A stretch of 64,000 nt of DNA from Chitinophagales bacterium (GCA_044227805.1 JBGAWA010000001.1:43740-107739); one strand, 5' to 3'. Positions 40,086 through 49,539 are shown, numbered from the stretch's first letter. Translations and numbers: made by a program. The notes: a model not told the origin generated them from the sequence alone.

Positions 40086-40118
40086 TTTCTACTTTTACAA
40101 CTCTTTCATTACAATACC

Positions 40119-41324
40119 ATGATACGTAAACCCCTCATCACTTTTTTTGCCGTTCTGCTGGCGCCTGCGCTTTTTTTTCAGGCATGTGAGAAGATTACTC
40201 CGGCAGCACCTGCTGATGATGCGATACTGGATGGCCCGGTTGAAGGGCTTACTGCAGCCGAATATGGGCGTTTCATCAACGGTGATATCGCTTTCAATGA
40301 TGAAGTATTTACGGTGGAAACCGGTCTCGGTCCGCTGTTCGTCGCAAGCAGTTGTGGCAGCTGTCATGCCGGTGATGGCAAAGGGCATCCGTTTACCACG
40401 CTCACACGTTTTGGACAAAGCGACAGTTCCGGAAACAAATACCTTTCACAGGGAGGGCCGCAGTTGCAGAACCGTGCCATTCCAGGGTATGTGCCCGAGC
40501 AGATACCCGCCGGTGCGACCTCGTCCCGCTTTCTTCCACCTGCCAATACAGGTCTTGGTTACTTTGAACTGGTCAGCGATGCTGACATTTTCAAAATGGC
40601 TGATCCATATGACTTTAATGGCGATGGCATCAGTGGTGTGCCCAACTTCGGCATACTTCCATCGTACATCACACCGGCTGTCAATGCACTTCCGCAGGGC
40701 GGTAAATTTGTTTTCCGGTTTGGTAAGAAAGCTGGCGCTTACAATCTTTTTCATCAGACGGTGAATGCCTACAACCAGGATATGGGCATTGCTTCAGCGT
40801 ATGAACCTCAAGATACCTACACTGGCCTGGATGTGGAAGCTGAGGTAGGTGAAAATACAATCGGGGATATCGTCTTCTACCTGCAAACACTTAAAGCGCC
40901 TATTCAAAGAAATCAGGATGACCCACAGGTGCAGCAAGGCAAAAGCCTGTTTATAAGCATTGGATGTGAAAGTTGTCACAAAGAAACCCTGTACACCGGC
41001 AGTTCACCGGTTGCTGCACTATCCAACAAGGCATTTCATCCTTATACGGATTTGCTGTTACACGACATGGGTAGCGGGCTTGATGATGGTTATACGGAAG
41101 GAACGGCGAAAACCTATGAATGGCGTACGCCACCGCTTTGGGGGTTGGGATTGTCACCCGATTCGCAGGGAGGACAATATTACCTGTTGCATGATGGAAG
41201 GGCAAGATCCATTCAGGAAGCCATTGAATGGCATGGAGGAGAAGCTGCAGCAAGTGCAGGCAGGTACCACGACCTCACACAATCCGAAAAGGAAATGTTA
41301 CTGAAATTCCTCGAATCACTGTAA
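40119..41324 (+). CDS. di-haem cytochrome c lipoprotein, DUF1111 ('di-haem oxidoreductase / thiol oxidoreductase') family
   Basis: Track ORF starts at 39993; I moved the start to ATG 40119 (MIRKPLITFFAVLLAPALFFQAC lipobox). It has two CxxCH motifs (CGSCH, CESCH) and a C-terminal LHDGRARSIQEAIEWHGGEA. Confidence 0.85.
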   Translation: MIRKPLITFFAVLLAPALFFQACEKITPAAPADDAILDGPVEGLTAAEYGRFINGDIAFNDEVFTVETGLGPLFVASSCGSCHAGDGKGHPFTTLTRFGQSDSSGNKYLSQGGPQLQNRAIPGYVPEQIPAGATSSRFLPPANTGLGYFELVSDADIFKMADPYDFNGDGISGVPNFGILPSYITPAVNALPQGGKFVFRFGKKAGAYNLFHQTVNAYNQDMGIASAYEPQDTYTGLDVEAEVGENTIGDIVFYLQTLKAPIQRNQDDPQVQQGKSLFISIGCESCHKETLYTGSSPVAALSNKAFHPYTDLLLHDMGSGLDDGYTEGTAKTYEWRTPPLWGLGLSPDSQGGQYYLLHDGRARSIQEAIEWHGGEAAASAGRYHDLTQSEKEMLLKFLESL

Positions 41325-41328
41325 CGCC

Positions 41329-41778
41329 ATGCATAGAAAAGAATTCATAAGAGTGTGCTCCGCCATATGTTTGGGTGGAAGCGCTATGGCCGTGCTTCCG
41401 CAGGGTTGCGCATCGGCAAATTATTATGCTGCTACGGAGCTGTCAGGCAACCAGCTGATCATCCGGAAATCGGCGTTCAGCCTGGAAGAGCAGTATAAGC
41501 CGGCTTACAGAAAACACGTGCTGGTGAATATATCAGCCTTTAATTACCCGATAATCGTTTACCGGTTTGACGGAGAAACGTATTCAGCATTGCTGCTGGA
41601 ATGCACGCATAAAAGCTGTGAATTGCTGCCACAGGGCGATTACCTGGTTTGTCCTTGCCATGGCAGCGAGTTTTCCAACAGAGGCATCGTACAGAATCCG
41701 CCCGCCGAACAGAATTTAAGAACATTTCAGGTTAAACAGGATGAAGAAAATGTATACATACAATTACGGGTATCTTAA
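41329..41778 (+). CDS. Rieske [2Fe-2S] domain protein, exported
   Basis: 149 aa with the Rieske motif CTHKSC...CPCHGSEF and the leader MHRKEFIRVCSAICLGGSAMAVLPQGC (RK Tat-like plus possible lipobox). It starts 4 nt after the upstream stop. Confidence 0.85.
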   Translation: MHRKEFIRVCSAICLGGSAMAVLPQGCASANYYAATELSGNQLIIRKSAFSLEEQYKPAYRKHVLVNISAFNYPIIVYRFDGETYSALLLECTHKSCELLPQGDYLVCPCHGSEFSNRGIVQNPPAEQNLRTFQVKQDEENVYIQLRVS

Positions 41779-42991
41779 TGCAATATTGCTAATGCTTTGC
41801 TTTGCTTCCGCTGCACATGCGCAATCAGACACTGCATTCATCCATCGGGTTGCGGCCGATACCTCAACATCACAACTAAGCATGGATGCTGTGTATGACA
41901 GGCCGTTTCTCACAGCCGGCAAACTGCCGATTGCCATTGGCGGTTATTTTGAGGCCAACTCTGAATATGCGTCAACAGATGGCATTTCAGATGGCTTGTC
42001 ATTTCAGTTTAGGAGGATGTCCCTATTTCTTTCATCAACCATCAGCCAGAAAATCAGGTTTTTGGCAGAGCTGGAATTTGAAGATGGCACAAGCGAAATA
42101 AACCTCGAATATGCATCTATGGATGTAGCCTTTCATCCCGCGATTAATTTCAAAGCGGGCATTCTGCTCAACCCGATCGGCACCTTCAACCAGAACCATG
42201 ACGGTCCCAAATGGGAGTTTGTTGACCGGCCCATTTCATCCACCACCGTTTTGCCGGCTACTCTTTCCACTGCGGGATTTGGTGTTCATGGTAAATTTTT
42301 CGTGAACAACTGGATATTTGGATATGAAACCTGCCTGACTAACGGGTTTGATGACCGTGTGATCTCCAACCACCAGGACAGGACCTCGCTGGCTGCCGGA
42401 AAAATCAATGCCGGCAAGTTTGAAGAAAGTTTTAACGGCATTCCAATGCTTACGGCAAAACTTGCGATCAGGAACCGGAAAATCGGCGAAGCGGGATTGT
42501 CCTTTCTAACTGGTACCTACAATAAATGGAAGTTGGAAGGAGTGGAGATAGATGAAAAAAGAAGTGCGAGTGCGCTGGCTTTTGATTTTTCAACATCTCT
42601 TTTAAAAGACCGATTGAATATCACCACTGAAATAGCAAAGGTTTATGTAGAAGTGCCGGCAACCTATAGTCAAACCTACGGGACAAGACAGCTGGGTGCG
42701 TTCCTTGATTTTACTGCCACCATCTTTCAGCACCAGATGATGGGATGGAAGAATGCCAAAGTGAATCTCGCCATGCGGTTTGAGTACTGTGATTACAACC
42801 AGGGTACTTTCAAGGAAACCGGCGGTACTATCTCCGATGACGTCTGGGCCATCGTGCCGGCTATATCGTTCCGTCCTTCCGGGGCTACGGTATTCCGTTT
42901 CAACTACCGTTTTCAGACACAGCAGGATCTGCTGGGTAACCCGCCTTCCAAAACAGGTGTGATTCAGTTCGGCGTAGCTTCCTATTTCTAA
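41741..42991 (+). CDS. OM beta-barrel / porin-like protein, unknown family
   Basis: 416 aa with a signal peptide (…SAAHAQ), alternating-strand composition and a C-terminal ...IQFGVASYF. It overlaps the Rieske gene by 38 nt. Confidence 0.6.
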   Translation: MKKMYTYNYGYLNAILLMLCFASAAHAQSDTAFIHRVAADTSTSQLSMDAVYDRPFLTAGKLPIAIGGYFEANSEYASTDGISDGLSFQFRRMSLFLSSTISQKIRFLAELEFEDGTSEINLEYASMDVAFHPAINFKAGILLNPIGTFNQNHDGPKWEFVDRPISSTTVLPATLSTAGFGVHGKFFVNNWIFGYETCLTNGFDDRVISNHQDRTSLAAGKINAGKFEESFNGIPMLTAKLAIRNRKIGEAGLSFLTGTYNKWKLEGVEIDEKRSASALAFDFSTSLLKDRLNITTEIAKVYVEVPATYSQTYGTRQLGAFLDFTATIFQHQMMGWKNAKVNLAMRFEYCDYNQGTFKETGGTISDDVWAIVPAISFRPSGATVFRFNYRFQTQQDLLGNPPSKTGVIQFGVASYF

Positions 42992-43316
42992 ATAGCCAGT
43001 ATTGAACGCAACCGAAGCCGGAATACCGCGACCTGCATTCATGCTTGGTGATTTATACGATTACGTTTTTTCAACCCGCATTTTCCGGTTAAAAACCACC
43101 TCTTATGATAGGCATGCTGCATTGAGGACAACATGGAAGCCATGAATTAAAGCAAGACTTTTTTAGGGTAAGAGTGGATACAAAAAGAAAAAAAGAGAGG
43201 GTGATTCACTTAAAATTGAACTTATTCTTCCCTGTTCGGATTTTTTTTCGAAATTTGCGCCCTTAACTTTTTACAAAACCGATTAATAGTTAGTCAGTTA
43301 TAAATCAAATTACTCC

Positions 43317-43610
43317 ATGAGAAAAGCGGATTTAATTACAAAGATTTCAGATAAAACCGGTATTGCCAAGGTTGATGTATTGGTAACCCTCGAGTCTTTT
43401 TTCAAGGAGATTAAAGAATCGCTCAAGCAGGGTGAAAACATTTATGTGAGGGGATTCGGAAGTTTTATTGTTAAAAAACGCCGTCAGAAGATCGGCCGTA
43501 ATATCAAGAAGAACGAAGCCATTATCATTCCTGAGCATTTTATTCCTGCCTTTAAGCCTGCCAAAACCTTTATGGATAAGGTGAAAAGTGCCGTTCCGCC
43601 CAAAAAATAA
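43317..43610 (+). CDS. HU/IHF-family DNA-binding protein
   Basis: 97 aa starting MRKADLITKISDKTGI, with RGFGSF..KKR and the arm RNIKKNEAIIIP. Confidence 0.9.
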   Translation: MRKADLITKISDKTGIAKVDVLVTLESFFKEIKESLKQGENIYVRGFGSFIVKKRRQKIGRNIKKNEAIIIPEHFIPAFKPAKTFMDKVKSAVPPKK

Positions 43611-43616
43611 GATGTT

Positions 43617-44468
43617 TTGAGAATTCAACAAATCATTTTGCTGGTAACAGGTGTCGCTCTTGTAGCGGTGCTCTATGTCTTCGGTGTCACCAAATCGCCC
43701 AAGCAGCCGGAAACAGCCATGCCTGGCGCTATGCAGGCCACGGCTACTACCGGCAGCGCAAGTATTGATTTCAGCTCCATCCACGAAAAGGCCCTGGCAG
43801 CTTTGTCGGAAAAGCAGCGAGATACCATGGCCATGGCCGAAATGAAAATGGAAAAAATTCGGGGTGAGGCAGACAAGGTAAAAGCACTGCAAGTCCTTGG
43901 CGAAGAATGGTCAAAAACAGGTAGCACTATTGTGGCAGCCAGGTATTATGCGGAAGCCGCCGCCATTAACAATGATATCAAATTATGGGAAGAAGCAGCC
44001 AACCGTTTCTTCATGGGTTTTCCCACAGCGGCAGATTCACTTGTTAAAATGTATGCCGTACAGGAAGCGATCAGGTGTTACGAACAATTACGTAAACTGG
44101 ATACATCCAATATGGAATATCCTGTGCGGGAAGCCATCTGTTATGTGGATGGACAAGGCCAGATCATGCAAGGTGTTACCTTGTTGAAGGGCGTAGAGAA
44201 AAAGGATCCTGACAACAAGGACATGAACCTGATACTGGGCAGATTATCCGTTGTCTCCGGGCAGTATGATAAAGCGGTTGCCCGCCTGGAACACCTGGTA
44301 AAGATTGACCCGAACAACGCAGAGGCCTACTTTCATTTAGCAGAAGCCTATCGCGCAGTCGGAAGAAAAGATGATGCTATTAAAGCACTGGAAACGTGCA
44401 AGTCGCTCGTAAAAGATGAAGACTTTCGCGCCCAGATCGATTCATATATTAATCAAATCAAAAATTAA
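43617..44468 (+). CDS. TPR-repeat protein with an N-terminal membrane anchor
   Basis: 283 aa with a TTG start, an N-terminal TM and TPR-like helices (AEAYFHLAEAYRAVGRKDDAIKALE). Confidence 0.7.
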   Translation: MRIQQIILLVTGVALVAVLYVFGVTKSPKQPETAMPGAMQATATTGSASIDFSSIHEKALAALSEKQRDTMAMAEMKMEKIRGEADKVKALQVLGEEWSKTGSTIVAARYYAEAAAINNDIKLWEEAANRFFMGFPTAADSLVKMYAVQEAIRCYEQLRKLDTSNMEYPVREAICYVDGQGQIMQGVTLLKGVEKKDPDNKDMNLILGRLSVVSGQYDKAVARLEHLVKIDPNNAEAYFHLAEAYRAVGRKDDAIKALETCKSLVKDEDFRAQIDSYINQIKN

Positions 44469-44474
44469 GTAACA

Positions 44475-44570
44475 ATGCCATCAGGTAAGAAGAGAAAAAG
44501 ACATAAAATGGCTACCCACAAGCGGAAAAAACGTTTGCGCAAAAACCGTCATAAGAAGAAGTCACGATAG
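44475..44570 (+). CDS. 31-aa highly basic peptide, bS22 (AURKAIP1/COX24-like) small ribosomal protein
   Basis: It is not in the ORF track because it is under 60 aa. ATG 44475 to TAG 44568-44570 encodes MPSGKKRKRHKMATHKRKKRLRKNRHKKKSR. Confidence 0.7.
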   Translation: MPSGKKRKRHKMATHKRKKRLRKNRHKKKSR

Positions 44571-45015
44571 ATTTCTGCATGCAGTTTTTTTGCGGGAAGA
44601 GTATTTGCCGTTTGCCGGTGATTTCAGCTTACACACTACCGCTGAAATACCCGGATTATTACGATACAGTTCCTGGCAACTCTTCCATCAAGACTTTCCC
44701 GGCATGTGACAATTTCAAGACAACACTACGTTCTGCGGCTAATACGTTCCGCAACATAAGTTTGTGTTGAATCCACATACCCGGAATTTTCAAACCGCTA
44801 TAAGCACACTGCCTTACGCAGGCCATCATTAAACCCGTAAGAACAAATTGATTGCGACCCTTATCAGCCTTGAGCGCTTTTCGCGTCAACTGTGCAGTTG
44901 TTTTACGCCTATTTGCCTGTTTTGCTATTGAAAGGCATTACAGGTTATGCTGATTTCTTTTTGATTAGCTGCATGGCACATTTCCCGCAAGGGAATAACC
45001 TTTAATTGTGGTGTC

Positions 45016-46512
45016 GTGAACAGGGAACTTATTATTGACTCCGGATCGAACGGAGCAGAGATTGCGTTGCTGGAAGATAAAGTGCTGGTGGAACTTCACC
45101 AGGAGAAACTAAACCAGAACATCGCTATTGGTGATATTATTTTGGCCAAGGTGGGTAAAATATTGCCTGGCCTGAATGCGGCTTTTGTGGATATAGGCCA
45201 GCCTAAGAACGGCTTCCTTCATTACTCTGACCTCGGACCACAAGTCAGGTCGGCGCAGAAATTTACCAAACTGGCTATCGATGGCGTGATGCCGCCTGAC
45301 CTGAATGATTTCAAGTTGGAGCCTGAGACACAAAAGACCGGCAAGATCGCCAATACGATATCGAAAAGGGTACCGCTGCTGGTGCAGATCACCAAAGAAC
45401 CTATCTCCACCAAAGGCCATCGGTTGTCTTGTGACATCTCGTTGCCGGGACGTTTTATCGTGCTGATTCCTTTTATCAATTCCGTCAGCATATCCAAAAA
45501 GATCAACTCACCCGAAGAAAGAAAACGGCTGAGCAGGCTGATGGAAAGCATAAAGCCTAAAAATTTTGGAGTGATTGTGCGCACGCTGGCCGAAGGCAAA
45601 TCGGTGCAGGAACTGCATGAAGACATGACGCATCTTACCGAGAAGTGGAAACAGCTGACCACAGAACTTAAAGGAGCAGAAGCTCCCAAGAAAGTGATGA
45701 GTGAGATGAGCAAGACCTCCACCCTGCTGCGCGATATGCTGAATCCTTCCTTCAACCGCATTATGGTGAATTCGAAAGAGATGTTCCAGGAGATAAGGAA
45801 CTATATCGGCCGCATTGCCCCTGAGAAGGAAAACATCGTTCAGCTCTACACCGGACGCACACCGATTTTTGATCAGTTCGACATTACCAAACAGATCAAG
45901 GTTGCCTTCGGGAAAACGGTTAACCTGAAAAGCGGCGCTTATCTCGTCATTGAACATACGGAAGCATTGCACGTGATTGATGTGAACAGCGGGCATAAGA
46001 TGGCCGGCGATGACACACAGGAAGCCAATGCCATGACGGTGAATATGGAAGCGGCGGAAGAAATTGCCAGGCAACTGCGGCTACGCGATATCGGCGGCAT
46101 CATCGTAATAGATTTTATTGATGTAAGAAGCCCGGAAAACAAAAGGTTGCTGAATAAGAAGATGACCGATATGATGAAGCTCGACAAGGCGCGTCATACC
46201 ATTCTTCCATTGAGCCGGTTCGTCATATTACAAATCACCCGTCAGCGGGTGAAGCCACAGGTTACGATTGTGACCGACGAAAATTGTCCGGCCTGTGGCG
46301 GTACAGGCAAAATCGGTCCGTCCATCCTGGTGATGGATGATATTCAGAAAAATATTGATCACCTGATCACTAAAAACAATCAGCGTAAGATCACTTTGCT
46401 GATACATCCTTACCTGGAGGCCTTTATCAGGCATGGATTCATCTTGACTCGAGCGATAATATCAGCATTATGGAATATCACTTTTATGATAAGCAGGGTG
46501 AAGAGATTTTGA
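45016..46512 (+). CDS. rng: ribonuclease G/E family (Rng), with an aberrant 3' end
   Basis: GTG start (MNRELIIDSG...). It has an S1 domain, a catalytic core (HVIDVNSG), the Zn-link CPACGGTG, and a last ~23 aa that appear out of frame (see findings). Confidence 0.9.
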   Translation: MNRELIIDSGSNGAEIALLEDKVLVELHQEKLNQNIAIGDIILAKVGKILPGLNAAFVDIGQPKNGFLHYSDLGPQVRSAQKFTKLAIDGVMPPDLNDFKLEPETQKTGKIANTISKRVPLLVQITKEPISTKGHRLSCDISLPGRFIVLIPFINSVSISKKINSPEERKRLSRLMESIKPKNFGVIVRTLAEGKSVQELHEDMTHLTEKWKQLTTELKGAEAPKKVMSEMSKTSTLLRDMLNPSFNRIMVNSKEMFQEIRNYIGRIAPEKENIVQLYTGRTPIFDQFDITKQIKVAFGKTVNLKSGAYLVIEHTEALHVIDVNSGHKMAGDDTQEANAMTVNMEAAEEIARQLRLRDIGGIIVIDFIDVRSPENKRLLNKKMTDMMKLDKARHTILPLSRFVILQITRQRVKPQVTIVTDENCPACGGTGKIGPSILVMDDIQKNIDHLITKNNQRKITLLIHPYLEAFIRHGFILTRAIISALWNITFMISRVKRF

Positions 46513-46677
46513 TGAGTTGACAGAAGCCGGCAGTACCAGTTGCCATGCAGAATCGTCAGTATAACTTTTAAAGATGAATTGCCGTTTCCAACTAACAGCT
46601 AACCTCGTGCACTGCGAAGAACCAATCACATCCGGAGGTTTCTCTGTAACTTGAACATTGAAAATCCCCACTTATTA

Positions 46678-48177
46678 ATGACTAAACCCCTTCTTGCACT
46701 CTCATTCGTTTGCATCTCTTGTTTTGGTTTCTCACAGGCGGGTAAAACTTATAGCGGGAAGTATGACGAGCCATATCGTCCCGCTTTTCATTTCACGCCA
46801 CAAACAGGCTGGATGAATGACCCCAACGGATTGGTTTTTCTTAACGGCAAATACCACCTTTTCTTTCAATATTATCCAGATGATATCGTTTGGGGACCCA
46901 TGCACTGGGGTCATGCTGTGAGTACTGATCTGATTCACTGGCAGCATCTGCCCATTGCGCTGTTTCCGGATAGTGCAGGATGGATCTTTTCAGGAAGCGC
47001 GGTGATTGACAAAGACAACACAGCAGGCTTTGGCAAAAACGCAATGGTGGCGGTATTTACCTATCACAGTGATGCTCGCTGGAAGAAGGGATTTAAAAAT
47101 ACGGAAAACCAGGCGCTGGCTTACAGTAATGATGAAGGAAAGACCTGGATAAAATACAAGGGGAACCCTGTACTACAGAATGCAGGCGAGCAGGATTTCA
47201 GAGACCCGAAGGTATTCTGGAACGATGAAATCAAAAGGTGGAACCTTGTGCTGGCGGCGGGGAATATTATCAAAATATTTTCTTCTCCTGATTTAAAGAA
47301 CTGGCAGCATGAAAGCGATTACACTCCGTCGGTACAAGGTGACTTTGGCGTGTGGGAATGCCCTGACCTTTTTAAAATGAAAGTAGGAAGAGAAGAAAAA
47401 TGGATACTGCTGATCAGCCAGACAATGAATGCGCCGAATGGTGGCGTGGGCAACCGTTATTTCGTTGGTGATTTTAATGGAAAAGTGTTTTCGAATGTTG
47501 AAGGTGGCGACTGGCTGGATTATGGAAAAGATTTTTACGCGGCGGCGACCTTTAACAATGTAAACGAAAATAAGCGGATCCTTATAGCCTGGATGAGCAA
47601 CTGGCAGTATGCCGATAAAACACCTGCATCAGTGTGGCGATGTTCCATGACATTACCGAGAAGCATGACGCTCATTAAAACAAATGGCCGATACTATTTG
47701 AAGCAGGAAATAGTTAAGCAATTTCAATCACTCACCACCAATTTCAACAGCACTAAGCAGGTGTCAACACCGTTTAAGGCATCCGGCAACAATCTTTCAC
47801 AGGCTGAAATCAGTTTTGCAATTGATTCCACCACATCAAATCTCACGATAGAAGTTTCGAATGTAGCAGGAGAATCCTTTACTATAGATATGAATGGCAA
47901 ACAATTGATGATTGACAGAACCAAATCAGGCAACACCGGCTTCAGTGATAAGTTTGCCGCTGAACCACAATCAATGCCGTTACAGGAAAAAATTTATCAT
48001 TTCCAAATCATCCTCGACAAATCATCTGTTGAAGTTCTGGTAAACAATGGAAGATATTCCATGACTAATCAGTTGTTTCCCGAACACAACTATACTGATA
48101 TCAGCATTTCAGGGGTTGGCAACACTGCTATTAAGAACCTGCAAATAAACGAGGTCAGGAGTTGTTGGATTGATTAA
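46678..48177 (+). CDS. GH32 beta-fructofuranosidase (levanase/invertase family), secreted
   Basis: Track ORF starts at TTG 46651; the ATG is at 46678 with a signal peptide. Motifs: WMNDPNG, FRDPKV and WECPD. Confidence 0.9.
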   Translation: MTKPLLALSFVCISCFGFSQAGKTYSGKYDEPYRPAFHFTPQTGWMNDPNGLVFLNGKYHLFFQYYPDDIVWGPMHWGHAVSTDLIHWQHLPIALFPDSAGWIFSGSAVIDKDNTAGFGKNAMVAVFTYHSDARWKKGFKNTENQALAYSNDEGKTWIKYKGNPVLQNAGEQDFRDPKVFWNDEIKRWNLVLAAGNIIKIFSSPDLKNWQHESDYTPSVQGDFGVWECPDLFKMKVGREEKWILLISQTMNAPNGGVGNRYFVGDFNGKVFSNVEGGDWLDYGKDFYAAATFNNVNENKRILIAWMSNWQYADKTPASVWRCSMTLPRSMTLIKTNGRYYLKQEIVKQFQSLTTNFNSTKQVSTPFKASGNNLSQAEISFAIDSTTSNLTIEVSNVAGESFTIDMNGKQLMIDRTKSGNTGFSDKFAAEPQSMPLQEKIYHFQIILDKSSVEVLVNNGRYSMTNQLFPEHNYTDISISGVGNTAIKNLQINEVRSCWID

Positions 48178-48316
48178 CACCATGTCTTCCTTTTTTTCCG
48201 TTGACGATCTTCAAGTGCAACGTAATATGTACATTGATGCCATGAATACACCGCCACATGGCTTACCACCTGGCAAAACAATTAGAAAAAGATTCATTTT
48301 TTTGCGGAAATCAGTC

Positions 48317-49267
48317 ATGAGCAACCGGCATAGATACATTGCAGCACTCTCCATCGCTGCCTGGCTGCTTGCAGCAGGCTGCACCGCTGATGTTGCAGCA
48401 CCTCAGTTTCCCGTAAAAAACATTGTTGTAGTGGTTATTGACGGACCGCGCTATACAGAAACATGGGGCGATCCAATCCAACAATATATTCCTTATCAAT
48501 CAGGCATCTTAAAATCACGTGGCGTGTTTTTCACCCACTTTCTAAATGACAGCATTACTTATACTACTGCCGGCCATGATCAATTGGTAACAGGTGTGAA
48601 GGAATTTATTGAAAATACCGGAACGCAGCTTCCAGGCTTCCCTTCCTTTTTTCAATATTGGCGGAAGCAGACGGGTGCGGCAAAAACGGATGCCTGGATC
48701 ATCACCTCAAAAGATAAGCTGCAAGTACTCGCCGATTGCAACGATGATTCTTTTCATCAGCAGTACAACCCCTCTGCCGATTGTGGCATTTCCGGACTGG
48801 CTTCCGGCTACCGGCATGACACCGTTACACTCAGTCATGCTTTGCAAGTGCTGCAACAGTATCATCCCCGCCTGCTGCTGATACAGTTTAAAGAACCTGA
48901 TAACAGCGCGCATAAAAATGACTGGGCCGGTTATATTAACGGCATTCAGCAGACAGACGGATACATTAAGATCATCGATGAGTTTCTTCAAAATGATGCA
49001 TTCTATAGTGGCAGCACTGATTTAATCATTACCAATGATCATGGACGACACAGTGAGGGATGGAAAGATGGATTTGTAAGTCATGGTGACAGCTGCGATG
49101 GATGCCGCCATATTTCGCTGCTTGCTGCCGGCCCGCATTTCAATACGCACCAGGTGGTGACAGACACGTTTAATTTATGTGACCTCAATGCCACCATCAA
49201 TTACCTGCTGTCTGTCAATAATCCATATAGTGAAGGCAAGGTGATGCATGTTGCCCTGAGAAAATGA
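48317..49267 (+). CDS. alkaline-phosphatase-superfamily lipoprotein (tentative)
   Basis: Track ORF starts at 48170; I moved the start to ATG 48317 (…WLLAAGC lipobox). Motifs: VVVIDGPRYTE, PDNSAHKNDW and TNDHGRH. Confidence 0.6.
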   Translation: MSNRHRYIAALSIAAWLLAAGCTADVAAPQFPVKNIVVVVIDGPRYTETWGDPIQQYIPYQSGILKSRGVFFTHFLNDSITYTTAGHDQLVTGVKEFIENTGTQLPGFPSFFQYWRKQTGAAKTDAWIITSKDKLQVLADCNDDSFHQQYNPSADCGISGLASGYRHDTVTLSHALQVLQQYHPRLLLIQFKEPDNSAHKNDWAGYINGIQQTDGYIKIIDEFLQNDAFYSGSTDLIITNDHGRHSEGWKDGFVSHGDSCDGCRHISLLAAGPHFNTHQVVTDTFNLCDLNATINYLLSVNNPYSEGKVMHVALRK

Positions 49268-49376
49268 AATGCCTGCCTGTTTGACGAAAGACCACAATCT
49301 GTAAATCATTGCACCTTAGCAGGGACGGCATGCTGAAAACTATTTCCGGCTTCCTTCTTCAACCCCCATTTTTAAG

Positions 49377-49539
49377 TTCAACCCGGATTTTTCAGTAGAA
49401 AAATCCCGCTTCGCTACGACTTATAACTGCTAAGGGTTTGCTCATCTTTTTCAAGAAAAGAAAATGTTTCGCAAACCCTAAGCAGTTCTACGTCGGGGTT
49501 AAACCCGGCGTCGTTTTGAATTGCAAAATGTGGGTTCAA
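49377..49539 (+). repeat. 162-bp TIR/hairpin element, copy 3
   Basis: Direct identity with the other copies, although it is the most substituted of the five. A 16-bp duplicate of the left end lies at 49358-49373, and an inverted left-end module lies at 49631-49672. Confidence 0.9.

Noticed and set aside
39993-40118. The N-terminal extension of the di-haem cytochrome ORF, which would overlap the divergent regulator start.
   Set aside because: The extension has no signal-peptide character, whereas ATG 40119 gives a textbook lipoprotein signal (…LFFQAC). The shorter start also leaves a sensible 112-bp divergent promoter region.
41741-41778. The 38-nt overlap between the Rieske and barrel genes as evidence for a frameshifted fusion protein.
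   Set aside because: Both proteins have their own N-terminal export signals, and the Rieske domain is complete before the overlap. An ordinary overlapping-gene arrangement is the simpler explanation.
43347-43892. Long ORFs antisense to, or out of frame with, well-supported genes. Examples: 43347-43892(-), 45222-45761(-), 45508-46074(-), 3967-4536(-), 23771-24334(-), 27219-27674(-), 40147-40764(+), 42602-43042(-).
   Set aside because: Each lies entirely inside a gene whose product has clear family motifs. Their translations are low-complexity or Cys/Arg/Ser-rich with no recognisable motifs. They are typical shadow ORFs.
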